This document shows, one piece after another, positions 1-20,113 of a stretch of 64,000 nucleotides of DNA. Below the pieces are notes generated by a model. The model was not told the DNA's origin and made no database searches. It saw only the letters and a program-made list of their open reading frames with translations. Source of the stretch: Flaccisagitta enflata. Lineage: Eukaryota. The position numbers and the translations under genes are program-made. The stretch lies in the NCBI GenBank assembly GCA_965153355.1, contig OZ231126.1, positions 38,936,001-39,000,000 of the forward strand. The letters are read 5' to 3'. The first letter of the stretch is position 1, and every line of letters begins with the position of its first letter.

Positions 1-590
1 TGAAAGCCATAGGCCAAACTTGAAAGCGTGAAAGCAAAAGGCCAAACTTGAAAGCGTGAAAGCAAAAGGCCAAACTTGAAAGCGTGAAAGCAAAAGGCCA
101 AACTTGAAAGCGTGAAAGCAAAAGGCCAAACTTGAAAGCATGAAAGCAAATAGCCAAACTTGAAAGCATGAAAGCAAAAGGCCAAACTTGAAAGCATGAA
201 AGCAAAAGGCCAAACTTGAAAGCATGAAAGCAAAAGGCCAAACTTGAAAGCGTGAAAGCAAAAGGCCAAACTTGAAAGCGTGAAAGCAAAAGGCCAAACT
301 TGAAAACATGAAAGCAAAAGGCCAAACTTGAAAGCATGAAAGCAAAAGGCCAAACTTGAAAGCGTGAAAGCAAAAGGCCAAACTTAAAGCGTGGAAGCAA
401 AAGGCCAAACTTGAAAGCATGAAAACAAAAGGCCAAACTTGAAAGCATGAAAGCAAAAGGCCAAACTTGAAAGCATGAAAGCAAAAGGCCAAACTTGAAA
501 GCATGAATGCAAAAGGCCAAACTTGAAGCCATGAATGCAAAAGGCTAAACTTGAAAGCATGAATGCAAAAGGCCAAACTTGAAAGCTAGA
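1..590. repeat. 28-bp tandem satellite (TGAAAGCRTGAAAGCAAAAGGCCAAACT)n, cut by the window start
   Basis: About 21 near-identical consecutive units read directly. Confidence 0.95.
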
Positions 591-1385
591 GCATCGCAAT
601 GCCTGAAATAACTCTCTTTATCTTATCAAATGTTTTGGGGAATTAATTACCCATCCTACTTAAAAATGAAAAGATCGCGAGGAAAAGATTGGGGCAGTCA
701 CGATATTAAAGAGGGGAAAATTCCGTTCAAACAAAAGAGAATTAACCAAATCAAAATCTTATACTTTAAAGTAGTTGACTCAAACTACTGTCAACAAGGA
801 AAAGATGAATGTAAGCATCGTAAACTTGAGGGTAGTTGCTGACGCAAACTCTTTGTCAACAAGAGAGAATGTACATGAAATCTTAACTTGCTTATTTTCA
901 TGAACGTTAGAAAAGCTTACAAGCATCATTAACTTCAGGGTGGTTGTTGATGCGCAAATCAACAATGGAAAAAAGCAATCGCAAATTAAATGTAGAAAAT
1001 TTAAGCACCTCTAACTTCATTGTGTAGTAGATGCAAAGAAAATGCTTGAAACTCAAAAATGGAAAAAGTAAGCGTCATTAATCGCAATGTAATTGTTAAC
1101 GCAAACAAAAACTTTTTCCCCTCCCACCCCCCACGTCCTTCATTCCATGTAAATCTAACCCAAAGAACCAATGCCCGACGGCGAGTTGCAGTTGGAGAGA
1201 GTAGGAAAAGGTCGAAGGAGCGGAGGTGTAGCAGAATCGTTGACGCGTAAACTCGTACAAGAGCAGCGTGCAGGAGCGTCGAATTGTATCGTATCATAGG
1301 GGCTTATCACTGAAGCCATATTTCTTATCATAGAGGGCGGGCTCTTCCATCACTAGAGCAACTTTCATTGAGACTTGACGCACTT

Positions 1386-4190
1386 TTACCGTCGGCAAAT
1401 TGAAAGAAGGAAAAATGCAAAATCAATGAGAGCATAAACTAACTGACGAGAAAGAGCTAAAAAGAGTGAGAGTATAAAGAGCAACAATGAAAATGTTATC
1501 ACTAAAATGCCGTCTTCTCTTCGTCGAATTGAGCGAAGCTGCCTAAGATAAGCATTGAACTCATTCTCACTTTTTCTTCCCTTCATGATGACGTAGCGTT
1601 GGTAACGTAATCGGAAGGCCCGTGACATCGTTGCCGCGGGAAAAGGCTTGGGGTGGCGGCCGGGAATCTTGTGGGGTGGCGGCCGGGAATCTTGTGGGGT
1701 GGCGGCCGGGAATCTTGTGGGGTGGCGGCCGGGAATCTCGTGGGGTGGCGGCCGGGAATCTCGTGGGGTAGCGGCCGAGAATATCGTAGCGTAGCGGCCG
1801 AGAATATCGTAGCGTAGCGGCCGAGAATATCGTAGCGTAGCGGCCGAGAATATCGTAGCGTAGCGGCCGAGAATATCGTAGCGTAGCGGCCGAGAATATC
1901 GTAGCGTAGCGGCCGAGAATATCGTAGCGTAGCGGCCGAGAATATCGTAGCGTAGCGGCCGGGAATCTCGTGATTGTGGCCCGTAGAAGCATGGTTGTGG
2001 CCCGTAGAAGCGTGGTTGTGGCCCGTAGAAGCGTGGTTGATTTTCGAGTGGAGACGGAGAATTCTTTTCTTTCTTCTTTTCCTCCTTCTGGACTCGAACT
2101 CGTAGCGTCGAAGACGTGGCTTTATTCTTCGTCCTTTCGAAGAAAAGTTGAGGGGAAAAATCTTTCTTTTTCGCTTTTGCCTCTCTAACTCTTCTCATGC
2201 AAAGTTCGACGGGTGTCTCGGAAAAAGGGGAGAAAGGAGAGGCTTTGTAGTTTCCAGATGACGACGGACTGCCGTCAGATGGATCCTTGCCGCCTGCAGA
2301 TGAATCTTGGTAGTCTGCAGATGAATCTTGATAGACTGCAGATGAATCTTGGTGGTCTGCAGATGTTCGACAATCGATAGAGGAAGCTTGGCAGTCTGTA
2401 GATGATGTCAACAGATGACTGACGGAGGCTTGGCAGTCTACAGATAACGACCGAAGATCGAAGGTGAAGGCCTTGTTCATTCACAGATGATACTTGGTGG
2501 TCTTCAGATGATGACTGAAGATGAAAAGAAGAGACATGGATGTCTTCAGATGACGACGGGCATCGTCAGATGATTCTTGAGGGTCTGCAGACGATGACTG
2601 ACGGTCGACAGAATAAGCTTGGCGGTCTGTAGATGTGGTCAACGGATGATTGACTGAAGAAGCTTGGTAGTCTACAGATGATGACCGACGATCGAAAGTT
2701 AAGGCTTGTTTGTCCACAGATGATACTTGGTGGTCTTCAGATGATGACTGAAGATGGAAAAAAGATATGTGGATGTCTCCAGATGACGACGGGCGGCCGT
2801 CAGATGATTCTTGGTGGTCTGCAGATGATGACCGACGGTCGACAGAATAAACTTGGCGGTCTGTAGATAATGCCAATGGACGATTGACTGAAGAAGCTTG
2901 GTGGTCTACAGATGATGTCGACGGACGTAGACGGTCGATCAAAGAGGCTTGATACTCTGCAGATGTATCCGTAACAGATGTTGGCGGAATCGTAGCAGGT
3001 GCCGGTTGAATCTTGGCAGGTGCCGGCGTAATCTTGGCAGGTGCCGGCTGGATCTTGGCAGTTGCCGGCAAATTTGTGAGAGATGCCGACAAATTCAAAA
3101 ACGTAGATGAAGAAGATGAATCGTAAAGAGGAGGCTCGTCAGAATGATGAACAGGACGTGAAGGAAGAGAAAAGTTAGTGGCAGTGAGAGGATGATTTTC
3201 TTCGTTGATCGATGATTGTGGGACTGGAGGCACTTCCGGTTGTGAGGCGGTTGTACTCTCTTTTACTCCAGATCTTTCTTTTCCCTCTCTTTCCATCGCC
3301 AACATGAATTCGTTCATCTCCTCCTTAATCTTAATCATAATGTTGCCAATTTTCTCACTATCTCCGTCCATCATGGCTTCGTAGATAGCGTCCAATTCAT
3401 TTTCTGTTGCCTCTTCCAATTCCACTTTTTTCATCGTAAAACGGAAATTCATTTCTTCATCCAATTTCATAATTTCTTTTATTTTTCTTTCAAGTCTTTG
3501 TAACAACGACTCTTTTCTTTCTTGATTGTCGTTGTTCAAATTGGATTCCAAGTGAGTGGCATGGAAATCCAAATGAAGAGGACGATGTTGGATGTTCGTC
3601 GATGCCTTGTGCGCGACTTGGCAATCGACATCACCACCGCCTCCATCACTTTTGCCACCACCATCATAGCCGCCGCCTCCACCATCGAGAACGCCGCCGC
3701 CGCCGCCATTTCTCAGACTGATGTCAACACCGCCTCCACTTTCATCCCCTTCCTGGTTGCTTATCTTGGTAGTGGCGTCAGACTCTTGCTCGGCGCCGAA
3801 AGCAGCGTTGAGGAAAAGCGTTGGCAAATGCATCAAATGAATTGGCGACTGTCCATTGAGGAAACGGCGTGTCTCTTCTAATAGGAGACGGTAAGGCTCG
3901 ATGACGACGTAAAAATATTCCCACAATTCGATGGAAATGTCTTGTAGTTGCAGCGTGACAACGACGAAGCTGACGGCGTTGTTAGCAGCACAGAAAATAT
4001 CGTAAATTCGTTGGGTAGTCTCCGTGAAATGCGTCGTGACGGAGATGAGAGAATCGTAGAGAAGTTGATAGATGACAGGAAGCTGATGTCTATCCATCAC
4101 ATTGAGGACACGGCTCTTGGTGTCCATTGTGGCGTCGGCGGGAATCGGCTCCGACGCTAATTTTCCGAGGACGTGGCTCTTGACGTCCAT
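1386..4190 (-). CDS. Orphan repeat-rich protein (coiled-coil plus Ser/Asp-rich repeats), split into ORFs 2481-4190 and 1386-2480 by an in-frame TGA
   Basis: 569-aa and 364-aa ORFs abut in the same frame (TGA then ATG). Contains an E/K/M-rich helical segment, PAPAKI repeats and long SSVDxQ repeats. Possible 5' UTR intron near 4382-4493. No family recognised; could be a TE gag/ORF1-like gene. Confidence 0.45.
1648..2038. repeat. 23-bp minisatellite in two variants, followed by three 21-bp units
   Basis: Units GGGAATCTTGTGGGGTGGCGGCC and GAGAATATCGTAGCGTAGCGGCC; then GTGGTTGTGGCCCGTAGAAGC. Confidence 0.9.
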
Positions 4191-4978
4191 CGTTGAGTCG
4201 GCTTGAATCGGTTCCGACTTTGACCTTCTGAGGACGTGACTCTTGACGTCCTCCGTAACATCGCCACCAATGCCGTCAGCGGGGCGCGGCGCCGACGACC
4301 AGCATGACGATGAGTTGAAGCTTGTGCCCGCTCGCTCCCTTTCTTACTAACCGGAGTAGTAGTGACGACGCAATTAACGGTCTGAAATAATTTATTAGCA
4401 ATAATTAGTAATCATTAACAACTTAGGCAATGGGCAGTAATAATTAATAGCAATCATTAGTACACCAATTTACATCTTTACAAAGCTTAGTACCTGAAAC
4501 TTCAACTCATTTCGGCATTCAGGGAACCAGAGGGTAAGTAATGCTAATCAATTCATCATTAATCTGCAAAGGATGGAAAAAGAGTAACATTAGTAGGCTT
4601 ATTTACTCCTTAATCATGAATAAACGATTAAAGCAAAGGAATAAAGACGAGCGAATGGACTAAACAGCAGGTAAACGCTCTTATAAGGAAAACCTCTTGG
4701 CATGTATCAAACAATCCAACTTAGTTTCCATTCGCTTCGAAGCGGTGAACTATTAATAGAGGGCGCTACTAAAAGGTAAGTTTTTAGAGGCAAAGTAAGG
4801 TCTTAAAACAAATGAACAGTGCTTGCTCACGCGAGCCCGCACAAATCTATCAATCAATTTATCAAACAACCAATCAATTAGCTAATCACTAATCACAGTC
4901 AGCCGATCTATCATTGAATCAATGTGTAGATAAAAAGATAAATCAATCATGCGCCATTTTTTCCCCGAATCGTCCCAG

Positions 4979-6045
4979 AAAATGGTATCGATTTGTCCGA
5001 CTATCATCAGTCAGTAGAATGGGACATCATCTCCGCGATGGCGAAACGCAACGAGAAATATTACACTTGTTGCCCGGAGCCCTACCCAGACATAACCTTC
5101 AGGCTCAAATTGCGACGTAAAAGTCTCTTCTTCACGGTCAATTTAATCTTTCCATGCGCCGGATTATCGTTGCTAACGCTGTTTGTCTTTTTACTACCAG
5201 CGGCCTCTAAAGAGAAAATCACGTTAGCGGTCGCGATTTTGTTGGCGTCTTTTGTGCTTTTGTTTTATTCGACCCAAATCGTTCCTCCAACGTCGTTAGT
5301 GGTCCCTCTCATCAGCAAGTATTTGCTGTTCACGATGCTGCTGGCCTTCGCCTCCGTCGTCGTCACCGTCGTCATCCTGAACGTCCACTTCCGGACGCCT
5401 TCCACGTACGGCGAAATGCCAAGGTGGGTACGTCTTCTTTTCCTCGACGTACTGCCGAGGATGTTGTTCATAAGTCGGCAACGACGAGAAAAACAACGAG
5501 ATGGCGCAACTGTTAGCGGGGATCAAGAAGGCGTGGAAATGCGCGCGAATTTTGGTCGATTCGACGGAGTGGTCGGCGGTGTCAACGGCGGGATTGGAAG
5601 GGAAGTAAGAGGGGCAGTTGGAGGAACGGTTGGAGGTGCAGTTGGAGGAGCGGTTGGAGGTGCAGTAGGTGGAGGATTAGATGGCTCCAGTGGCAACGTG
5701 ATTCTAGATTCACCCGACGCTCCCCACGGCGATTCGTCAGGTGACCAAGGCGGCCTTGCTATGTATCCAAAGCTCGATAGCGGTGAAGTCACGGCAGCGG
5801 CTCCCCAAACCAATCCCCGCTTCGCCGACATGCAACTCGCCTTCAGAGGTTATCACATCATCGTCGAATATCTTAGAAGAGAAGAAGCTTCGGCCAATGA
5901 TAGAGATGATTGGAAGTTTTTGGCGAGGGTGTTGAATCGATTGTTCTCGGTGATTTTCATCGCGGCCCTTCTCGTCGGAAATTGCGGCATTTTATTTCAG
6001 GCGCTTTTTGCCGACGGAAAACCGGAAGCGAAATACGAGTGGTAA
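4979..6045 (+). CDS. Nicotinic acetylcholine receptor alpha subunit, terminal exon (loop F, loop C, TM1-TM4); earlier exons not seen
   Basis: Acceptor cccag then NGIDLSDYHQSVEWDI; loop C YYTCCPEPYPD with vicinal cysteines; RRKSLFFTVNLIFPC; EKITL; PPTSLVVPLISKYLLFTM; NVHFRTPST; DWKFLARVLNRLF. Confidence 0.95.
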
Positions 6046-6049
6046 ATCG

Positions 6050-6085
<36 letters not shown>

Positions 6086-6562
6086 GCGTTCCTTTTTCTC
6101 ATCTAGCTGTCGAAATTGAGCTTCGTGCTGAGTAAGCGCATTATGACGATGTTCAATTGTATGCCTGTATACTTCTATTGTGCATGTGATAAATCACAAT
6201 TGCGGAAAAGTACGCAAATTCGAATTTTCATCAACTTTATTTACAACAGTAAAGTGTGATCATCAACAATCAATTAAACGAAACAGAATATTAGTGGCAA
6301 TTGTTTGGAAACGCTTGCGATTCAGCAATTATAATAGAATAGTTAATGAAACGACGCATGGAGAAATAGAAAGAAAACGACAATAGTTTATAGGAAATAA
6401 TTACAGTTCATAGATGGCATGAATAACGAATTCAGCAACAAATTATATCACAGTCATGCAATTGAGATCAATATTGAGTCATGTTTGAGATCAGAATGAG
6501 TTTCTTTCCAGAAAAAATTATCTAACCAAGGCGATGAAAATCTTAACATCTATACAGAAAAC

Positions 6563-7260
6563 TTAGCAAGAGCATGAGCATTTAGTGATGATAGGATATT
6601 GCATGGTGATCCATCTGCAGTTGGATTCCGCGTTAAAAGGTTCGACTTCGGCTTTGCCCCATCTTCTGGCGCCGCAGAATCTTCTCAAGAGCGTCAAATG
6701 GGATTGTTCCGCCGGTTTGCAGCCCATTCCGGCGGGGAAACTGCATGATTTCTTCTGGGAGCAGCTGCCGGTGCGGACATAACGTGGCCAGTACTTCTCG
6801 CCAAGATCTTGCCATTCGTAGACGACGGGGCATTGAGTGTAGTCGGCCAGCAACTTGGTCAACTTCTTCTTCATCTTCTGGCCGATTTTAGAAGAGGCGA
6901 GCTTCTTGTTTTGCGCGAAGAGTTCGACTTGAGCTCGACTTGAGCGGAGACTTCGCCCTGTTCGTCGGCGGAAGAGGAGTCGCTGACGAGCGCGTCGGCG
7001 GCCGGTCCTTGTCGAGGGTCTTGAATCGACATGAAGTCTTCGACGAAGTTGTCGTGGCCGAGAAGCTCCATCTTGCGGAACCAGTCGTCGCCGCCGACGT
7101 GCTGCTTGGCCTCGGCGAAGGCTTGAAACAGACTGTTTTTGAAGAGCGACGCGACGTCGGCGGAAACCGGAGAGGGCGGCAGGGATTTGCCGTCGACGAC
7201 GACATTGTGTAGGATGAAGAGGAGGAAGGAGAGGAGAGAGATGATGTTAGATGGCGCCAT
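6563..7260 (-). pseudogene. nog: Noggin/noggin-like paralogue 1, intronless, frameshifted by an 11-bp tandem duplication at 6924-6945 (228 aa if one copy is removed)
   Basis: Signal peptide; MELLGHDNFVEDFMS motif; C-terminal CPVVYEW..DLG..YWPRY..C..KKSCSFP.GM.CKP..CRW..YPIITKCSCSC with 9 Cys. Removing one GCTCAAGTCGA joins the two ORFs into a frame collinear with paralogue 2. Confidence 0.9.
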
Positions 7261-7570
7261 TTTTTTGTTGGAGTGGGAGAAATTAGTAAAACGGATGAGG
7301 AGGTAGATTGATAAGAGTATTGGCGGTTGATTTGCTTCGTTCTTGGAGCGTTCCTTAGGAGAGGATTGAAAGATTGTGGGGCTTGTTGTTGTTCTTTTTT
7401 TTTTTTTTTTTTTTTGAGTCAGAGGTGATCGTCAGAGAGGATTTGTTCAAGGATTATACAAAAGCGAATTTACTTTCGGACCTTTAATATTGAGTAGATT
7501 TATTAAAAGAGCCCAAAGAGCAAATTGCAATGTTTGACTTGATGTGATTTTTGTTTGCAGAGGCTTCTGC

Positions 7571-7577
7571 TTTTATA
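7571..7577 (-). promoter_or_regulatory. Candidate TATA box of noggin paralogue 1
   Basis: TATAAAA on the minus strand ~310 bp upstream of the ATG, matching the spacing at paralogue 2. Confidence 0.55.
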
Positions 7578-7749
7578 GGCGGTCGAAGGAATTAATTAAG
7601 CGAGGAAAACAAAAGAAAGGCGGAGAAAGTAAGGAGGAAGTCGAAAAGGAGGAGGAGGAGGAGGAGCGAGAGGAGGAAGAAGAACGGAATGGAGGTAAGG
7701 GCGCGAGAGTGAGAGAGGAGGGAGGAAAGGGCGAGAGAAAGGAGGAAAT

Positions 7750-9045
<1,296 letters not shown>

Positions 9046-9487
9046 TATGAAGCCTTCATGGGTCATACTCTCCCACGAGTGGTACTATCACGCGCGCAAA
9101 TGCTGAACATCCAGGGCAGCAAAATCCTCATCCATTCTTTAAATTCACTGATTCGTCCTTATCTGTTTCATTATAGACACGAATCTCATAGTTGACATTA
9201 AAGTAACGTCACGGCACGGAAGCTTCTCATAGCCAGAACCACCGGGCAACCGGGAGTCAAAAATCATCAAGGACGTGCCAATAAGCATCTCCCTCATCGA
9301 GAGACGAAGACAACAAAAAAAAAGAGTCCCTCTCTAGAGATCTCTTTCTCTCGCTTGCTTCTTTCGCCGCTTCTTGACGCTTCCTCAGAGGTTTTAATTG
9401 CCCATCTGCTGTTTGAAAGCCGATTCCCATGAAGATCCTCAAGAAAATCTTCCGTCGCCGTTTTGTCTCTATTCACGAACTTATTTA

Positions 9488-9520
9488 GTCTCTTCTGGCG
9501 ACACTCTGTCTGGCAGGAAA
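9488..9520 (+). promoter_or_regulatory. Putative BMP-responsive Smad element, copy 1
   Basis: GGCGAC-ACTCT-GTCTG at 9497-9512 fits GRCGNC(N5)GTCTG; ~2.2 kb upstream of noggin 1. Confidence 0.7.
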
Positions 9521-9550
9521 CCCGAAACAAACACACGTGTGTGTGGGTAT

Positions 9551-9585
<35 letters not shown>

Positions 9586-10318
9586 CCTTCGCTCGCGCGC
9601 ACCTGGATCTTCTGGCGACTAGGATACCATCTTCGGACCGACATCTGGCTCCGAGATGTGGAATAGAAAAAACTGTCGCGAGATGAATGTGTGGACTATG
9701 GACTGACTCTATAAATTATGCCAAGGCTTCGTTACTCATTATGTTTACTGTCGTTTATTGTCGCTGGACTTGATTAGCGCTATTTTTTGTTTGCGTTATT
9801 CTCTTGCAACATTAAAGCCTTATTTAAGAGATGACCAGATTGCGTTTGGTTTTATGTCAAGCACGGCCAATATTTCACCTTTTTGAGTCAGTGTGGGGTC
9901 GCTGGTCCTACCGTCCGTCTGTCGTTACGTCTGTAATAATTCTTTCTCAAAAATAGTTATTTCGATCGCGTAGTTGATCAGGTTTACCAAAGGAGTCCAA
10001 AAAGAAACAAAAAAAAAAAAAAAAAAAAAAAACAACTCGAAAGTCAAAATGTTAGAAATATCGTTTACTCATACTGATATTTTCCAAGACAGCAATTTGG
10101 GCAAAGTTATCCTTGAACACTGACGTTCAAGTAAAAGTCTAAAACGGAGACGCTCAAACGCGAACATGTGCGTCACCATGAAAACTCATAAGACTCAAAT
10201 ACATACACACCATCGAAAGTGTGTTCTCCTCGTAGTTCTCCAAAAGAAAAGATGTTCATGAGAGACATTTCTTCGATGTCCGCCGCTCTTCTCACATTCC
10301 TCCTCAGTCGCTTCGTTT

Positions 10319-10351
10319 GTCTCTTCTGGCGACACTCTGTCTGCCCGGAAA
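10319..10351 (+). promoter_or_regulatory. Putative BMP-responsive Smad element, copy 2
   Basis: Identical 25-bp core; motif at 10328-10343; ~3.1 kb upstream of noggin 1. Confidence 0.7.
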
Positions 10352-10357
10352 TAGCCA

Positions 10358-10465
<108 letters not shown>

Positions 10466-10606
10466 AGAGAAAGAAGTCAACTTGAAGAAGTGAAGCGCAC
10501 CTGGGCCAAGTCAACTGTCGCTGGAAGACGCTCAAGCACGCGCAGATGTGCGTGCAGAAGCGCTCGAGGGTGAGTGCGCGTGGGAAGGTAAACTAAGGTT
10601 CTTCTG

Positions 10607-10976
<370 letters not shown>

Positions 10977-11050
10977 ATTAGTTGATTCAGTGAGTGAACG
11001 ATCACGGATTTCACGGATGTTTAAGCAAGGCCAAGAGATGTAAGACATTA

Positions 11051-11464
11051 ACAGTCTATGGACAAAACGAGGAGAGTAGATTTTGCTGATCACCGGTATG
11101 ATGCTAAGGACTGAAATAATTAACGGAAGAACAATTACTACCTGTAGTAATCGTTCAAAAGGTAGGCTTGTAATTACCTAATAGAAAATGACTGACGACT
11201 GAAAGAAACTATTTCGAGGACGATTACTACAGGTAGTAATCGTTCTTCTGTTAGTTTCTTTCATTTCTTTAATTTTTTTCAAGGTAATTACAAACCTATA
11301 CTTTGAACTATTACTACAGGTAGTAATCGTTCTTCCATTAATTCTTTCAGTCTTTAGTGAATTTTTATAAGGTAATTACAAACCTACATTTTAAAATCAA
11401 CTACGCCTAAACATCATAACGGTGATCAGCAAAATCTCCTCTCCTCGTTTTGTCCATAGACTGT
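11051..11464. mobile_element. MITE with ~50-bp TIRs and TA flanks (Tc1/mariner-type)
   Basis: TA|ACAGTCTATGGACAAAACGAGGAGAG ... CTCTCCTCGTTTTGTCCATAGACTGT|TA. Confidence 0.85.
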
Positions 11465-12789
11465 TAAGATACAAATTATTAAGATATAACGGTATTAAGA
11501 ACTATTAAGATATACCTAATGATCGGGAAAAAAGTGGAAGTCAGTCTTCGACTTTCTGACATATTCAAGAGAAACAGGGTTTTCATTTTCTTATGAGAAA
11601 GTTGGGCATCTCCTAGGGCTGATTGCACCCTCGGACAAAATTGATGGAGTAAGTAAATTTGATAATTCTCTTTCATTTGGCGCCAAGCAGAACGCTCTAC
11701 AACAAATATTTTTTGCGTTATGATTTTTAAAAAGATTTATTTATGAAAATTGCAAATTGATTTTTTTTTAAATAATTTTGAATAGGATCAAAAAAGGAGT
11801 GTATTTATGTTTGTTTGAGCATGCAAATACAAGAAAGCATGTTTATGAGCATAGCTGCTCATCTGTGAGGGTGTTTTGGAGGATTCTAGCTCATTTAGCT
11901 CATTTAACTCAGATTATTTTTTTTTATTTTAAATGTGATAAATGAATAGATATTTTGATACATGTTTAAGAAAGCAGATACAAAAAAAGCATATCAGTGA
12001 GCATAACTGCTCATCTGTGAGGGTGTTTTTAAGCATTTTTTTTTCTGATTTTTAATGAGATGAATAAATATTTTGATGGGAGCATGTAAATACAAGAAAG
12101 CATGACAGTGAGCATAACTGATTGTCTGGTTGAGTGATTTTGAGCATTTTAGCTCATCTAGCTCATTTGGCTCAGTCCTATTGTTCTCTGATTTTCAGTG
12201 CAATCAATACATACAATCGCTCTTGATTTGATCTAATAGAAAAAAAGATTTGCAGTGACTGAAGGCAAAAGCTTGGTGAAAAGTGACCAATGCTTACGAC
12301 TTTTTTCCTCACGGCGACAGCCGCCATTACTAGTATGAAGATATAAAGATACCGAGATAAAGAGAAAAAAAATGAACTGATTCCTCTTCCCCCGTCTCCC
12401 CCCTCCAAACGCCTCCTCCCCAGGCCTCGTCCTCGTTCTGACTTGCCCAAGGATCGTTTATGATTATATTTCACTTAATTGAATTAGAATGAGGGCTTGT
12501 ATCTTTACAATTAATCGAATTTGATTCTATATAGTTGGACATACAATACTGGGAAGCCATTATCGATCGAGCGACTTAGTAAATAGCTGCAAAAAAGATT
12601 ATAAAAACTTGTCATACAAACAATTTTGGCTCCCTACATAAATATGATAGTATCATCTTGATAGTTTGTATTTTTCCTCTTTCTTTAGAGTATGATAACT
12701 GGACCATGCACGTACTAAAGTATAGGCGAGATATTCATATCTTTGCACAAGATCTGCGGGAACGAGGATAAACGAAAAAAAAAATCAAC

Positions 12790-20113
<7,324 letters not shown>

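Noticed and set aside
1-590. 28-bp repeats resembling a CRISPR array
   Set aside because: Head-to-tail units with no unique spacers, no cas genes, and a eukaryotic context.
9463-9666. Recurrent peptides FWRHSV and QTECRQKR in four places as a protein motif
   Set aside because: Identity is at nucleotide level with no synonymous changes and no consistent splice sites, which fits a DNA-binding site better.
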